Shown here: positions 40,183 through 50,656 of the stretch, piece by piece
Position numbering within the stretch: the stretch's first letter is position 1
Layout: every line of letters begins with the position of its first letter
Source: Cystobasidiomycetes sp. EMM_F5
Taxonomy: Eukaryota
Length of the DNA: 64,000 nt
Direction of reading: 5' to 3'
Assembly: GCA_051047955.1 (NCBI GenBank)
Contig: JBPGPT010000011.1
Span: forward strand, 186,001-250,000
Translations under genes and position numbers: made by a program
Notes under the pieces: model-generated
What the model was told of the DNA's origin: nothing
The model's database searches: none
The model's input: the letters and a program-made list of their open reading frames with translations, nothing else

Positions 40183-40812
40183 GGCCGGGAAAAGAAACGC
40201 CGCAACGAGCTACTACCACGACGTTATGCTCGATATCATGGTCTGCGGTCAGGCAGCCGCCGAGTCTGCAGGGTCATATTATTATCGTTAATCAGTCAGG
40301 ACTCAAGCTACGACACAAAGACACAGCTGTGATTCTTTCGACGAAGCTTTCGCATGCGACAGTCTGAATATCAGTATGCGCAGTAGACGAGACGCCTACA
40401 GCACCGCTGCCGTATTCGGACCTTTCGGAATTGGAAACGCCAACATCGAAAGTATGGCAAAGCTTTCGTTTCTGTTGGCGCGACATCCGGTCTGTCCATC
40501 AAACGAACGCGACACACATCTCAAACCTGGCTTGACTCGCTCTACGGCTGCTTCTGAATCGATTCACCACTTGTAGAAAAGGCGGTCAATATTATTACTG
40601 ATTCAAAGCGAAAGACTATCGAGCGGAAAACTTAGTAGCATAAGTGCTGATCTAGTGACCGCTGATAGGGCGACACTGCGAAGTCAGCTGCTGCTTGTAC
40701 TTCGCGTCCGAGCTCGCAGACAACATGCACGTGCATCTCGTTGGCTGCCGTTCGGCTGTGCCTCTGAAGCAACCAATCTTGATTCTGTCCCAATCCTGAC
40801 CTGGCCATCATT

Positions 40813-41696
40813 ATGGTCCAAGTACACATTGACAGCGATCCCGATGATGCAGAGCTGCCGCCAGCCTATACCTTAGAAGGACGGCCTACACCTAACCCAG
40901 CAGGCAGTGCAAACATAGGACTCGGACAAGATGCCAATGTATTCGGGACAGGTGGTCCTCCTTCCCCGTCTCAGCAGAACATTGCCCCTCCCTCTGACGC
41001 ACAGCGTGCACTGGCTCCGCTGTGGGTGAGGAAATACTTCATCGCAAACACAAGCTTACACGTGTCAGCAGGCAGATCACAAGGACCAATGACGCTATCA
41101 AGGGCAAGTACCTCGTCAATATTTCTGAAAATAAATGTGGCCCAGATGTACTCTTGAAGTCTACAAACGGCGCTGTTCGCTCGCATATTTATATTGAAGG
41201 ATCGGTTCCTCGGGTCTGCGAGATCCAGATCGCGACAACGAATGCTGCAATACAAGTCGCGGTGCCAAAGAGACCTGTCGATCAACCAGTTGCAATCAAG
41301 GCCGCATCCACGAACGGTGAGTGCAAATCTACCGTGTCATTGATAGCGAGTTTGAAGGCAATTGCAGGACAAGTATCACTCGCCCTCCCACCGGATTTCG
41401 CCGGGATTGTGAAGGTTGCTTCTACTAATGGCAAGATAACGCTCCATCCAAGCCTTCAAGCTACTTCTGTCATCATCCCGAATCAAGCGGCAGAGTCCAG
41501 CCGTACTACCACTTACCGAGTAGCACGGCAGTCGCACTTCACTGGTACGGTAGAAGACAAGTCCACTGCCAGTGCTGCAACTGGTGACGATACGTGCACT
41601 GTCCAAACGACAAACAGCAAGATCAATGTGTCTTTTTACGATCCGTCTGCAGCTGAATCGCAGTCGCAAAGCGATTCGTCCTGCCTGATGATGTAG
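40813..41696 (+). CDS. Array gene A: PPxY + beta-repeat (DUF7330/adhesin-like) protein ending in CaaX (CLMM)
   Basis: Exons 40813-41021, 41072-41316 and 41368-41696; LPPAY, DAQRALAPL, repeated STNG/TTNA/TTNS turns, LPPDFAG, C-terminal SSCLMM*. Confidence 0.8.
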
Positions 41697-41986
41697 CATG
41701 CCAGTCATAATGACGAGTTGTGTCACGTACCATTGTAGCTTACGTTCCAATACAAACTCGTCTTTCCATCTTTGCTGACTAAATGTTTGTGCGGCATAGC
41801 TTACGCCATCCTGAATGCTTTCATCACTGGCCGCCGAAGGTCCAGCTGACATTGTGGAGTCTGACATGTTCCGAAGTGGCGCAACGTCTCCCAACCTCGG
41901 CAGCCGGCTCAAGCTGCGAGTGCTGGCTCGCCCATTGCTTTTCGTTCTGCCAATATTCCACCACACTGAGGAAGTCACTAGAGACC

Positions 41987-42869
41987 ATGCAAACATTAGC
42001 AGTTCACGGTCAAGTTCTGCAAGATGAAGCTCGTAATGAGCCTGGCGGTAACGAGACTGTCGAACAAGCACCTGCTCCTGCAATCGAAGTATTTAGCGCT
42101 GCAGCACCCGTGTGAGTGATTGGCTTGTGTAAGCAATCTCGATAGCTGAACAGATTTGCAGACGCGTTGCGAGAGATAACGACAGTATCTCTGGAGTCTA
42201 TCTGTGCGACATGTCTGGCCGACGAAAGAAGCCAATTGTCAATATGACCTCAACGAAAGGGGATATCACAGCGGCCATCTGTCTCAACGTCATTTTTCGC
42301 CGATGCTTCGTCAGCGTATCTAGTACGACTGGCCATATCGCAATTGCGCTTCCTCGCGAGCTGCGAAACAACAAGCTCTCCATAGAAATTGCGTCCACGA
42401 ATGGTCAGCGCCCCATCCCGCATAGATGTGCGACTGCATTACAAACCTGACAAAATCCGACAGGGAACGTCTTTCTCGCACTGCCACGGGATTTCTACGG
42501 AACGTTGAACATGAAAACTACGAGCGGTATCGGTAATGGTCGAATCAGATTACTCAAAACCATAATTCAGCTGTAGGTCACCATATGGTACAAGATGCAA
42601 CGAACGGCAGGCAAGAGTATTATGTCATTGAAACCAAGTCAGAGCGACGCATCAATATTGTAGATCGGGACGACTGCACGATTACAGTGTCATCTGGTAC
42701 GATCACAGTAGGCTTTTGCAGCGAATGTGCGCTGGACAAGTACGTTTTAGGACCCGCTAGCGCGACTCCTGCTATTCGCGAGACTGTTTTCCACACCGAG
42801 ATACCGGCCAAGTATGGGATCGTTGGCTCTCGTCCACCAAGCCGATCTCGAGGATGTATTTTGATGTAA
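41987..42869 (+). CDS. Array gene B: beta-repeat paralogue ending in CaaX (CILM); frame break near 42574
   Basis: Introns 42112-42161 and 42404-42463; STKG/STTG/STNG turns, LPRDFYG, DDCTITVSSGTITVG, ends GCILM*. An in-frame TAG at 42574-42576 needs an extra intron or a frameshift. Confidence 0.65.
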
Positions 42870-43128
42870 ACCGTGTTTGGTGCTGCACTGAAATAAAACG
42901 AGTTGAACGTTGAATGTCTTTCCGCCATCGGCCGTTCCGTTTTGTCTGACAAGGATGCGCACTGTTCATAAGCTGATTTCTTCGCGTCTCCCTTTTGAAC
43001 TGAGCATGCGAAGATTGTCTGACAGTACAGAACAGTACAGCATCGTAGCTGCAGACAGCGAAAGCCTTCCATCCTGTGAGTGAGCGTGCTGCACTACAGA
43101 TCATCCTTACAGTCACAATACCTCAAAG

Positions 43129-44091
43129 ATGCCCAAGACAATTTCAGCAAATACTGCTGTGCAGTCGACGGACACTGCTGCCGCTACGTCATCAAACCCA
43201 GTTCGAACGAAGTAGACGAATCAATGCTCATGACACGTCAGACGCCTTCGCTGTAAGACAAGTTAGTGCTTATCAATTTGCGCTTCTACGCATTCCTGTC
43301 TCCTTATTGGGCTTCATTGACTTACCTGCTTGATCAGCTCCTTACCGGATAGTCTTCGTCTGAACACCCAATATATACAATTCTCCGAGTCCGGGAATGC
43401 ATTGCTGGCAACCTGTGAGCTGGCTGAGCTACAAAGTGGGAGCACAATTGTGTCTGGTCTGACAGCTCGACGATCAACAGAAGCACAAGAGGAATGACGT
43501 GCGAGTCTTTGTCAACGAGTCAGAGGTGTTTGTCATGCCAATATGGCTCTCTATGGGAGCCGGATTCGGTAGTGTGCGAAACGGGATCTTCGTACCACAA
43601 GGCCGGTCGTCGAGCGAAAGTCCACCATCTTGGGCCAATCGGTGTGTCTGCGTATCAGTGAGCAAGAAACCTAAGGATGGTCAGGTATCTCTCAAAATTT
43701 TCGCAGACTACGGTATGTCAGTTCTTTTGGGATGTTCGCAACGTTAGCTAAGGACGCTTTAGAACGAATCATGGTGGATCTACCGTCAACTTTTCACGGT
43801 AAAATTCAGATCATAACCACTGGCGGGATTAAAATCGGCCAGTCCGTTTATGACAGATGTAACGTCGACGCGGAGATGGAATTTGGCCGGCATGCCACCT
43901 ACAGGATCGTTCCCCGTGCTTACGAAACGTCCGACTGCGATCTTTCTGCCGGAAACGACCGCTGCAAAATTATAGCCAACACTAGTGCCGTTGCCGTCGA
44001 CATGTCGGCAGGAGAAGGGCATGATCACTGTATCATCACTGAGCCCGAGCCAGATAGTAATTCGCAAGCATGTTGCTGTGTTGTGCAGTAG
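43129..44091 (+). pseudogene. Array gene C: diverged, probably frame-disrupted paralogue ending in CaaX (CCCVVQ)
   Basis: Last intron 43713-43762 lies at the conserved position; LPSTFHG, TYRIV, NDRCKI and ACCCVVQ*. The 5' half could not be spliced into one open frame (stops near 43213 and 43495). Confidence 0.5.
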
Positions 44092-44290
44092 GAGCAGCCT
44101 AGGGATGTAGAACTACAGATGCCTTTGGGAGTGAGGAATCTAAAGGCAATGCATGAACAATAGGATGGAAACTGGGCTTGAAGACGGAATCTCTTTGCCA
44201 CAATCTGCCGAAACATCAATCGGTCATTGCAGACTTTGACTGCTTTCTACTCGAAAGCTATATTACATTTGAACAACGCAAGCCCTCTGA

Positions 44291-45180
44291 ATGCCCTCAC
44301 TTGACGCCCCTCCAGCGTATAGCGCACCATCATCTTCCAGCATCACTGAGTATGACATCCCGACGCCACTGGACGCGCAAAGAGCTTTGGCTCCTCTGTC
44401 AGTTCAAGTGACTAGATTGGGGAGGTTCAAAGCTGATACAGTGTCTCTGATTTCGACTGCAGCTCTCTTATCTCGCCCATGCAGCCGATTCTCGGAACTT
44501 ATGCAGTGCGCGTCACCGGCGATTCCGGTACAGAGAAGGGAAATACACAACAACCTTCACACGACGTGACGCTGGATTCCGAGTTCTCGACAGTCTCATC
44601 GACCCTGTATTTTGAAACGGAGCCTGCCGGACTGTGGGACGAAAAGTCTGCTCCACATCAGACAAGGGCGATATCAATATTTGCTATATCGCACAATGGC
44701 TCCGTTGCACTTTCGATACCCCGTAAACAGGCTGGTCAGCGATTCAACATATCCTGTGTATGCGCGCATGGTCAGTCTATACGATCTGATTGTTGAACGT
44801 TTGGCAGAAACTGATGCTGCTATCCGATAGGTATGATAAAACTATGGCTGCCGCGCAACTTCGATGGTCATATAACTGCGGGTAGTCAGCATGGTAGCGT
44901 GCAGTTGGAGGCTAGCGTGCAGCGCAATTCTTGCATTATTCCGCTCGGCAGAGGTGCAGACCTGTGTGCCCGGAGGTACCGCATCAGACCATCCACCGAC
45001 AGCGTTGCGACAGCCAGTAGTCTATCGCCTCCTGCTGAGAAAGGGCCGCGCAGAGGCACGGAACTGGGAGAGGATGTGGTCCAGCTCACGACAAATTCGG
45101 GCGTCATTAGCATCGGGTACGCCGATCCGCGCATCGAATCTAGCAAGGCGGCATCAACGCCAGGTTGCATACTGTGCTGA
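44291..45180 (+). CDS. Array gene D: PPxY + beta-repeat paralogue ending in CaaX (CILC)
   Basis: Exons 44291-44397, 44463-44770 and 44831-45180; APPAY, DAQRALAPL, SHNG/CAHG/SQHG/TNSG turns, LPRNFDG, ends GCILC*. Confidence 0.8.
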
Positions 45181-45376
45181 ACCATACAGTCTCTCATTAG
45201 TCATCAGATGGCTGATGGCTATTACTTAGTTTCGCTTCGGCTGTCACCACAGCATGTTGAGAAGTTGTATCAGTCAGCCCTCCGCTTGTCGTCAGCGCAT
45301 TCCGCTAAGAGTTCTTAGTAGACCTGAAAAGTGCCATGACGAAGCAGACAGCGAAGTAAAACTACAACATCGCTAT

Positions 45377-46227
45377 CTATTCCTCTTGAACGATGTTCTC
45401 CTTGGACGATACGTAAACACCTGTGATCAGACAGATCAGTCAGAATCTAATAACGGGTGTTGGTGAAGCAGCACGCACCGTCCAAGAATTTCCGGATATC
45501 CTTGTTGCGCACCAAGCACGCGCCGTGAATGGACGCCGCAGATTGGGAGACATTCTCAATGTCGTTGCCTGAGGTGATCGGCGCCGAAGTCAGTATACTG
45601 TGCACTCGATGTCACTACCAATGTCTGCTCACCCTCTACCCAGAACTCATCCTTTTGGTTCTTTGCCTCGGAGATCTCTACACCCTCGAGCATGTCTACG
45701 TGCCTCGCGAGCTTCTCCCCCAAAAAGTTTCTAATCTCGACCTTGTGTCCGTTCTCTTGAATGATGATGTTGATGGGGAAATGCGCATAGACGGAACGGA
45801 GCTTGTATCGGAATCCCTTTGTGACTCCGGTAATCATGTTTTCGATGAGGGATCGTACTGTTCGCAGGCAGGCATTGTGCTTGCGGCCTCCGTGCCACAC
45901 AGCAAGCTTGACCTTGATATCCCTTCCTTCAGCCTTGGGCTTGACTATCCTCAAATCCATATCAATGTGTTTGATGGACTGTCGGGAACGTCGAGGTCGG
46001 TATACGATGTCGTCGCGCAAGTCGTAGCCACACTCTGCCAGCTTACCTTGACCAGCTTTCCTCGTGGCCCTTCTACAGTGATCGTTCTCGCCTTGATCTC
46101 GAGCTTGACGTCGCTCGGGACGGTGATCTCCTCATCCTTGTAGATGTCCTTCCTGCAACATCATTCCGCCGTCGAATCAGAATGGCGGTTCTCTGGCAGT
46201 TCCCTCGTTCACATTCTCAACTCACAT
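45377..46227 (-). CDS. RPL9: 60S ribosomal protein L9 (uL6)
   Basis: [92 protein letters not shown]. Confidence 0.97.
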
Positions 46228-46492
46228 GCTGTAGGATGGAACACTACGAGTCAGTTGCTGAAGTACTTGTATGCTGATGTTGGCCACTCACATTAACCTA
46301 TCGTATCAAGTCGGGAATGAAACGAAATCGAAGCGCCGGTATCAGCCTTGTCGGTATTCGAAACAGCGGGTCGACGACAGCAGCAGTGCTCACGGTGTAC
46401 AGATTTGGGTGCGATAGTGCGATCTCTGCACCTTCGAGGCTTGGGACTCGCCTGGGTCCAGGGAAGATTTGTGATCGCCGAATTTTTCCCTG

Positions 46493-46560
46493 GAGAAGAA
46501 AGAAAGAAAGAAAGAGAGAAAGAAAGAAAGAGAAAGACAAAGACCCAAAAGAAGAGAGGA
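46493..46560. repeat. (AAAG)n-like purine tract (pyrimidine tract on the RPL9 strand)
   Basis: gagaagaaagaaagaaagaaagagagaaagaaagaaagagaaagacaaag..., in the divergent promoter region upstream of RPL9. Confidence 0.85.
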
Positions 46561-46620
46561 ATATCAAACAGTGTTCAGGCTACGGAAGCATCTCACGTGA
46601 AGTACATGTCAACTGAAGAT

Positions 46621-47060
46621 TGCAGCGCTCGCCGACCCACTCCGCTGCCTAATGTCCCACTTTCACTCAGAGTCTACAACACTTCGAACCATTTGAGTAT
46701 CCTTACAATCACTCTGCTGATCCTTCTACTTATCCTCGTGATGAGCTCTATATGCGCTTCCATGCCAATCCCAGCAATACGAGCGGCCTCTGGACTGAAT
46801 TGTTGATTGCGGAGAAGGCAATCATCGGAAGGAAGAGGGGCGCGTCTTCTGCCTTCTTCCCATGCACTACGGTCGGTAAGATACTGAAGCCCGCATATGG
46901 CTGTAGCCCGTTCGTGGACGTTCTCGTAAGCTGTCCATTACCGTCGGATTTCACCCGGCAACGGGGATACGGTGCAATGCAAGTCGCGGAGGCCTTCTGG
47001 CACTTCGAGGGTGCCATAGAGGAAGACAATCACAAGAGGCTTACGCAGTCGTCGCTGCGG
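46621..47060 (+). ncRNA. Candidate RNase MRP RNA
   Basis: P4 pseudoknot pair GGCCTCT (46785-46791) / ACAAGAGGCTTAC (47032-47044); hairpin tgattgc-gGAGAAg-gcaatca with GARAR loop (46804-46824); P2-like ctccgc (46640-45)/gcggag (46986-91); P1-like tgcagcg/cgctgcg; P3-like cagagt...ctacaacac...actctg; P19-like hairpin 46993-47022. Confidence 0.62.
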
Positions 47061-47270
47061 TGACGCCATGAGCGAACATCTCGGATTGCGTTTCCATCAT
47101 GTCCGAGAGCGAGTTGTCAGATACACAATTTCCCTCATGAAAACGCCTCTGTGTATGTCATCACATTACAACAAGTCACCCGTGTGCATTGCCTCTCTCT
47201 TGCGACTGTTTTGCTTAAATGATTGCCTGGAATACTCATGCCCTACGTTGGTTTCTTTGTGCCCGACCAG

Positions 47271-50200
47271 ATGTACGGCGGCAACTACGGCTTGCACGAG
47301 GCGCCGCCGCAGCATGTTCCATTGCAACCAGGGTATGGCAGCAATGGCTACGGTTACCCGCCAGCTCAGCCCCCGCTGCCTCCGCCGGCCCAGCAGATGT
47401 ATCACCAACAGCCGCCAGCGCAACAGCAATACCAGCATCAACCGCCGCCGACGCCATCCTATGGCCAGTATGGCTCGACTGTAGTGCCCAGTGCGAACCA
47501 CTATACCGTTCCTCCGCCAGCTGCGCCGCCATCGTATGCTGCACCACCTCCCCTGCCAGCTCGATATCCTCCAGCTTACCCGCATGTCCAGCAACCGCTG
47601 CAGCAGTCGCAGCCTCAGTATTCGCAGTATCAGCAGCCCGCAAGACCGCCTCAGCCGTCGCCTCAGCCTCCGCAGCCCATTTTGCAGCAGCCCTCGCCCT
47701 GGGTGCTAGCAGATCCCAACGCCTTCAAGACCTACTATGCTAATGAGCTGCAGCAGCTCACATTCAACTCGAAACCGCTCATCAACCATCTCACTATCCT
47801 CGCTGGCGACCATGCGAGCAGAATGGCACACGTCATTGCGCAGTGTCTGGAGGATCACGTAAAGCAGGTAAGGACTCCTTTCCATACATACGTCCATCAC
47901 AAATCTATCTCGCACATCTCGCGTTTGCGAAAGAATGCGCCTCACAGTATAGACTACATAGAGCGCAATGTAAATGCATCGGCGTATTATGGCGGGCATT
48001 GACAAGCTCATCGTCTTGTTACAAGGCTGTCAGTTGCGTTCGGAGGCACTGACAAGGTATAGAGTGCAAAGCGTGTAGAGGTGGCTAATCCAAGGCTGAT
48101 TGCTAATGCGCACAACGAGGAAGGCAGAGATGGTAACAGGCCGGGCGATGTAAGCTAATCTACTGAAATCTCATTGTCCTTGCTGGGCTGATGTGCATCT
48201 TTTTGGAAGCAACAGATCTGCTCTAGAGCCAAAAGCTCGCAAGTCGCACACGCTCTCCTGTTCCCCTAACTCTCACACGATCCCCTGATGCAATGTCCTG
48301 TAATCAAGACAATCTTACTAATTTATCCATTTTACTCCTTCCACCTTCATTTTATGCCCCTTTATTCCTGCTCGTAGTCGCCTCCTTCCACCAAACTCAC
48401 CGCTCTTTACCTTTTGGACTCCGTATGCAAGAATATCGGTCCACCCTACACTTTGCTGTTCGCTCGCACCATTGATCGCATCTTCCTGACTGCTTACCGG
48501 TACGGTGGCATCTGTGTTGTGATACTTACGAGCCTTGTGCTGACGTATCTCGGATCCGTTCATTGACATGACCTTGCTCCCTTACTTTTATACGAATCTA
48601 GCGAGGTCGACCCGCAAACAAAAGTCAAATTCGAAGAATTACTAGGGACATGGCGGAATGGAGCGCAAGACGGCGGTGAGCTGTTCAAGCTAGCGCCTTC
48701 TACTCCACCAGGAGTTCGACCGGCACAAAAGATTATTGAAGAGACGTTGTTTGGTCCGCCACCGACTCCCTCTTACTCACCTGTCCCTCCACATCCATCG
48801 CAGCTGTTACAGCAATCTAGGCCCTCCCCGCCTTCGATGCAGCAGCCTGTTCAAGATCAGCATCGTCCTCCCGTTGCTCCGAGCTACCCGCAACATCAGT
48901 CGAATGGATATGCACACGCTACTTCCCCTCCTCCTCCTCAGCTACCTGCTCTTCCTCCACAGAGCTTGTATAATTCACAGCCATCCACACCTTCTTCCTT
49001 GCCTCCGCCGCCGCCGGGATTGCCAGCTATGCCACCGAAACCCCTCGGTACGGCTCTCGGCGCGAACAACGTTGAGCGTGCTGCTGTCCTATTTGATCTA
49101 CGGAAGCTGCTGGATGCACGGCGAGACCAAGCTGCATACAATCCTGGTGATTTGAATAACAGGGATCAGATACAGACGCTCGTGCAGGTGAGTCTAGACT
49201 TGTAGACGTAGGCAGAGCTCGGTCTTATCTCGATTCGCGCGATAGCTGGAACAACTCGTGCAAAACACACAGCTTCAACCTGCGCAAATATTGCAGATTC
49301 GCGATCAGTTGGCCAGACTTGGGTCGGCTCCAACTTCAAGTATAACCTCACGCCTCGAGACGGCAGCCGAAGACAATGAATTATCGCGCGAGCGGAAACG
49401 TCCTCGTCTGATCAGTCCTCCTCCGCCCAATATGATGTCGCCCCCACTCCCGAGCGTGCTGGATAGCATTATGGGGACTTCTGCGCCGCCAGCGCCGAGA
49501 CAGCAGTTAGCTGTTCCTCAGCCAATGATGCATCTTCCTGCAGGCGATCTAGCTACCCTCAGTCAGTTGCTGAATCCAGACATTCTGCGATCCGCTTCTG
49601 CACAAAGTCATCTACCGCGCAGCAATACAGTCTCCCCGCCGCCTTCCATCCTAAACACGCCACTGCAATCTTATTCGCATACGCAGACGAATCACAACTA
49701 TTCCAATTCGTACGACGCTCCGCCACATATGCGACCTGCTCCGGTCCCAGTAGATCCTCAGATCGCCCTTGACAAAGCCGCAAATGAGGCGGCCGTCGCC
49801 GGCTACGAGGATCATCGCATGCACTTTTACGTTCCATTAGTCAATTCTGACATCGCAAGGTATCGTCCAGGATCGTCAGCTCTGCTCTACGAAGCTTTAC
49901 CACTACGGTGTAAGCAATGCGGGAGCCGGTACCTCGATTGCCCACTCGGAAAGCGGAGATTTGCGCGAGACCTTGACCGGCATTTGCGCATAACAAAGCG
50001 ATATAACGATGGCATACAACGCGGTATTGGTAGAAACTGGTTCGTCGCAGAGGATGTGAGTAGACTAGCAGGAACTGAATATGTGGGGGCTTCGCTAACA
50101 ACCCGAGTTTCAGGAATGGGTACTTCCGCCAGCTGCCATTCAGCCGTCGGAAGCTGTCATTAAGGCTGAGGAAGTGAAGAAGAAAGCTGCCGCAACGGCG

Positions 50201-50398
50201 GAGCTTCTGAGCAAAACGGTACCGGTACCGACCGGTGCAGCAGCCAACGATGAACCCTATCGCTGCCCGATCTGCAAGGAAGAGTTCAAGAACGAATACT
50301 CGGAGGATGATGAGGATTGGATATGGCGTAATGCTGTCGATGTCGACGGGATAGTATACCACGCTAGCTGCAAAGCGGAGCAAATGGCAGCAAAATAG
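47271..50398 (+). CDS. PCF11: mRNA 3'-end processing/termination factor Pcf11
   Basis: CID domain (ELQQLTFNSKPLINHLT...KLTALYLLDSVCKNIGPPY), zinc fingers CKQCG...LDRH and CPICKEEF...EDWIWRNAV...YHASC, and the Clp1-binding region GRNWFV. Confidence 0.92.
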
Positions 50399-50656
50399 CC
50401 TATTTGGCGAGGTACTCCCAATTGTTGTATTCAGCTACTATGAACGCGGCCCACGCATGCAATGATACCCTAATGACAGCTCTCCCTACGTTGTTCGGTC
50501 GCCTTTGTCCTTTCGCGGCTTGTTTCGCTTTCCTAGACTAAAGTCACGCTGCTTCCGTATGTCGGAGTTCGAAGCAGGCACATTTTGGCTCTGCTCAAGT
50601 TTCGACGACATTGCTGAGTTTCGACTTTCTTTCTCTGATTCATCCACGTCAAAGTC

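Noticed and set aside
40813..45180. CaaX genes as mating pheromone precursors
   Set aside because: The products are far longer than the roughly 30-60 aa lipopeptide precursors, and no STE3-like receptor is present in the window.
45529..46143. 204-aa plus-strand ORF
   Set aside because: Antisense shadow of RPL9.
46738..46798. C-box (gtgatga) and D-box (ctga) pair suggesting a C/D snoRNA
   Set aside because: No convincing terminal stem or rRNA guide recognised; the region is better explained by the RNase MRP-like fold.
32999..50398. Apparent cluster of RNA-metabolism genes (TRF4, RNH201, RPL9, MRP RNA, PCF11)
   Set aside because: Interleaved with unrelated genes; explainable by chance without synteny data.
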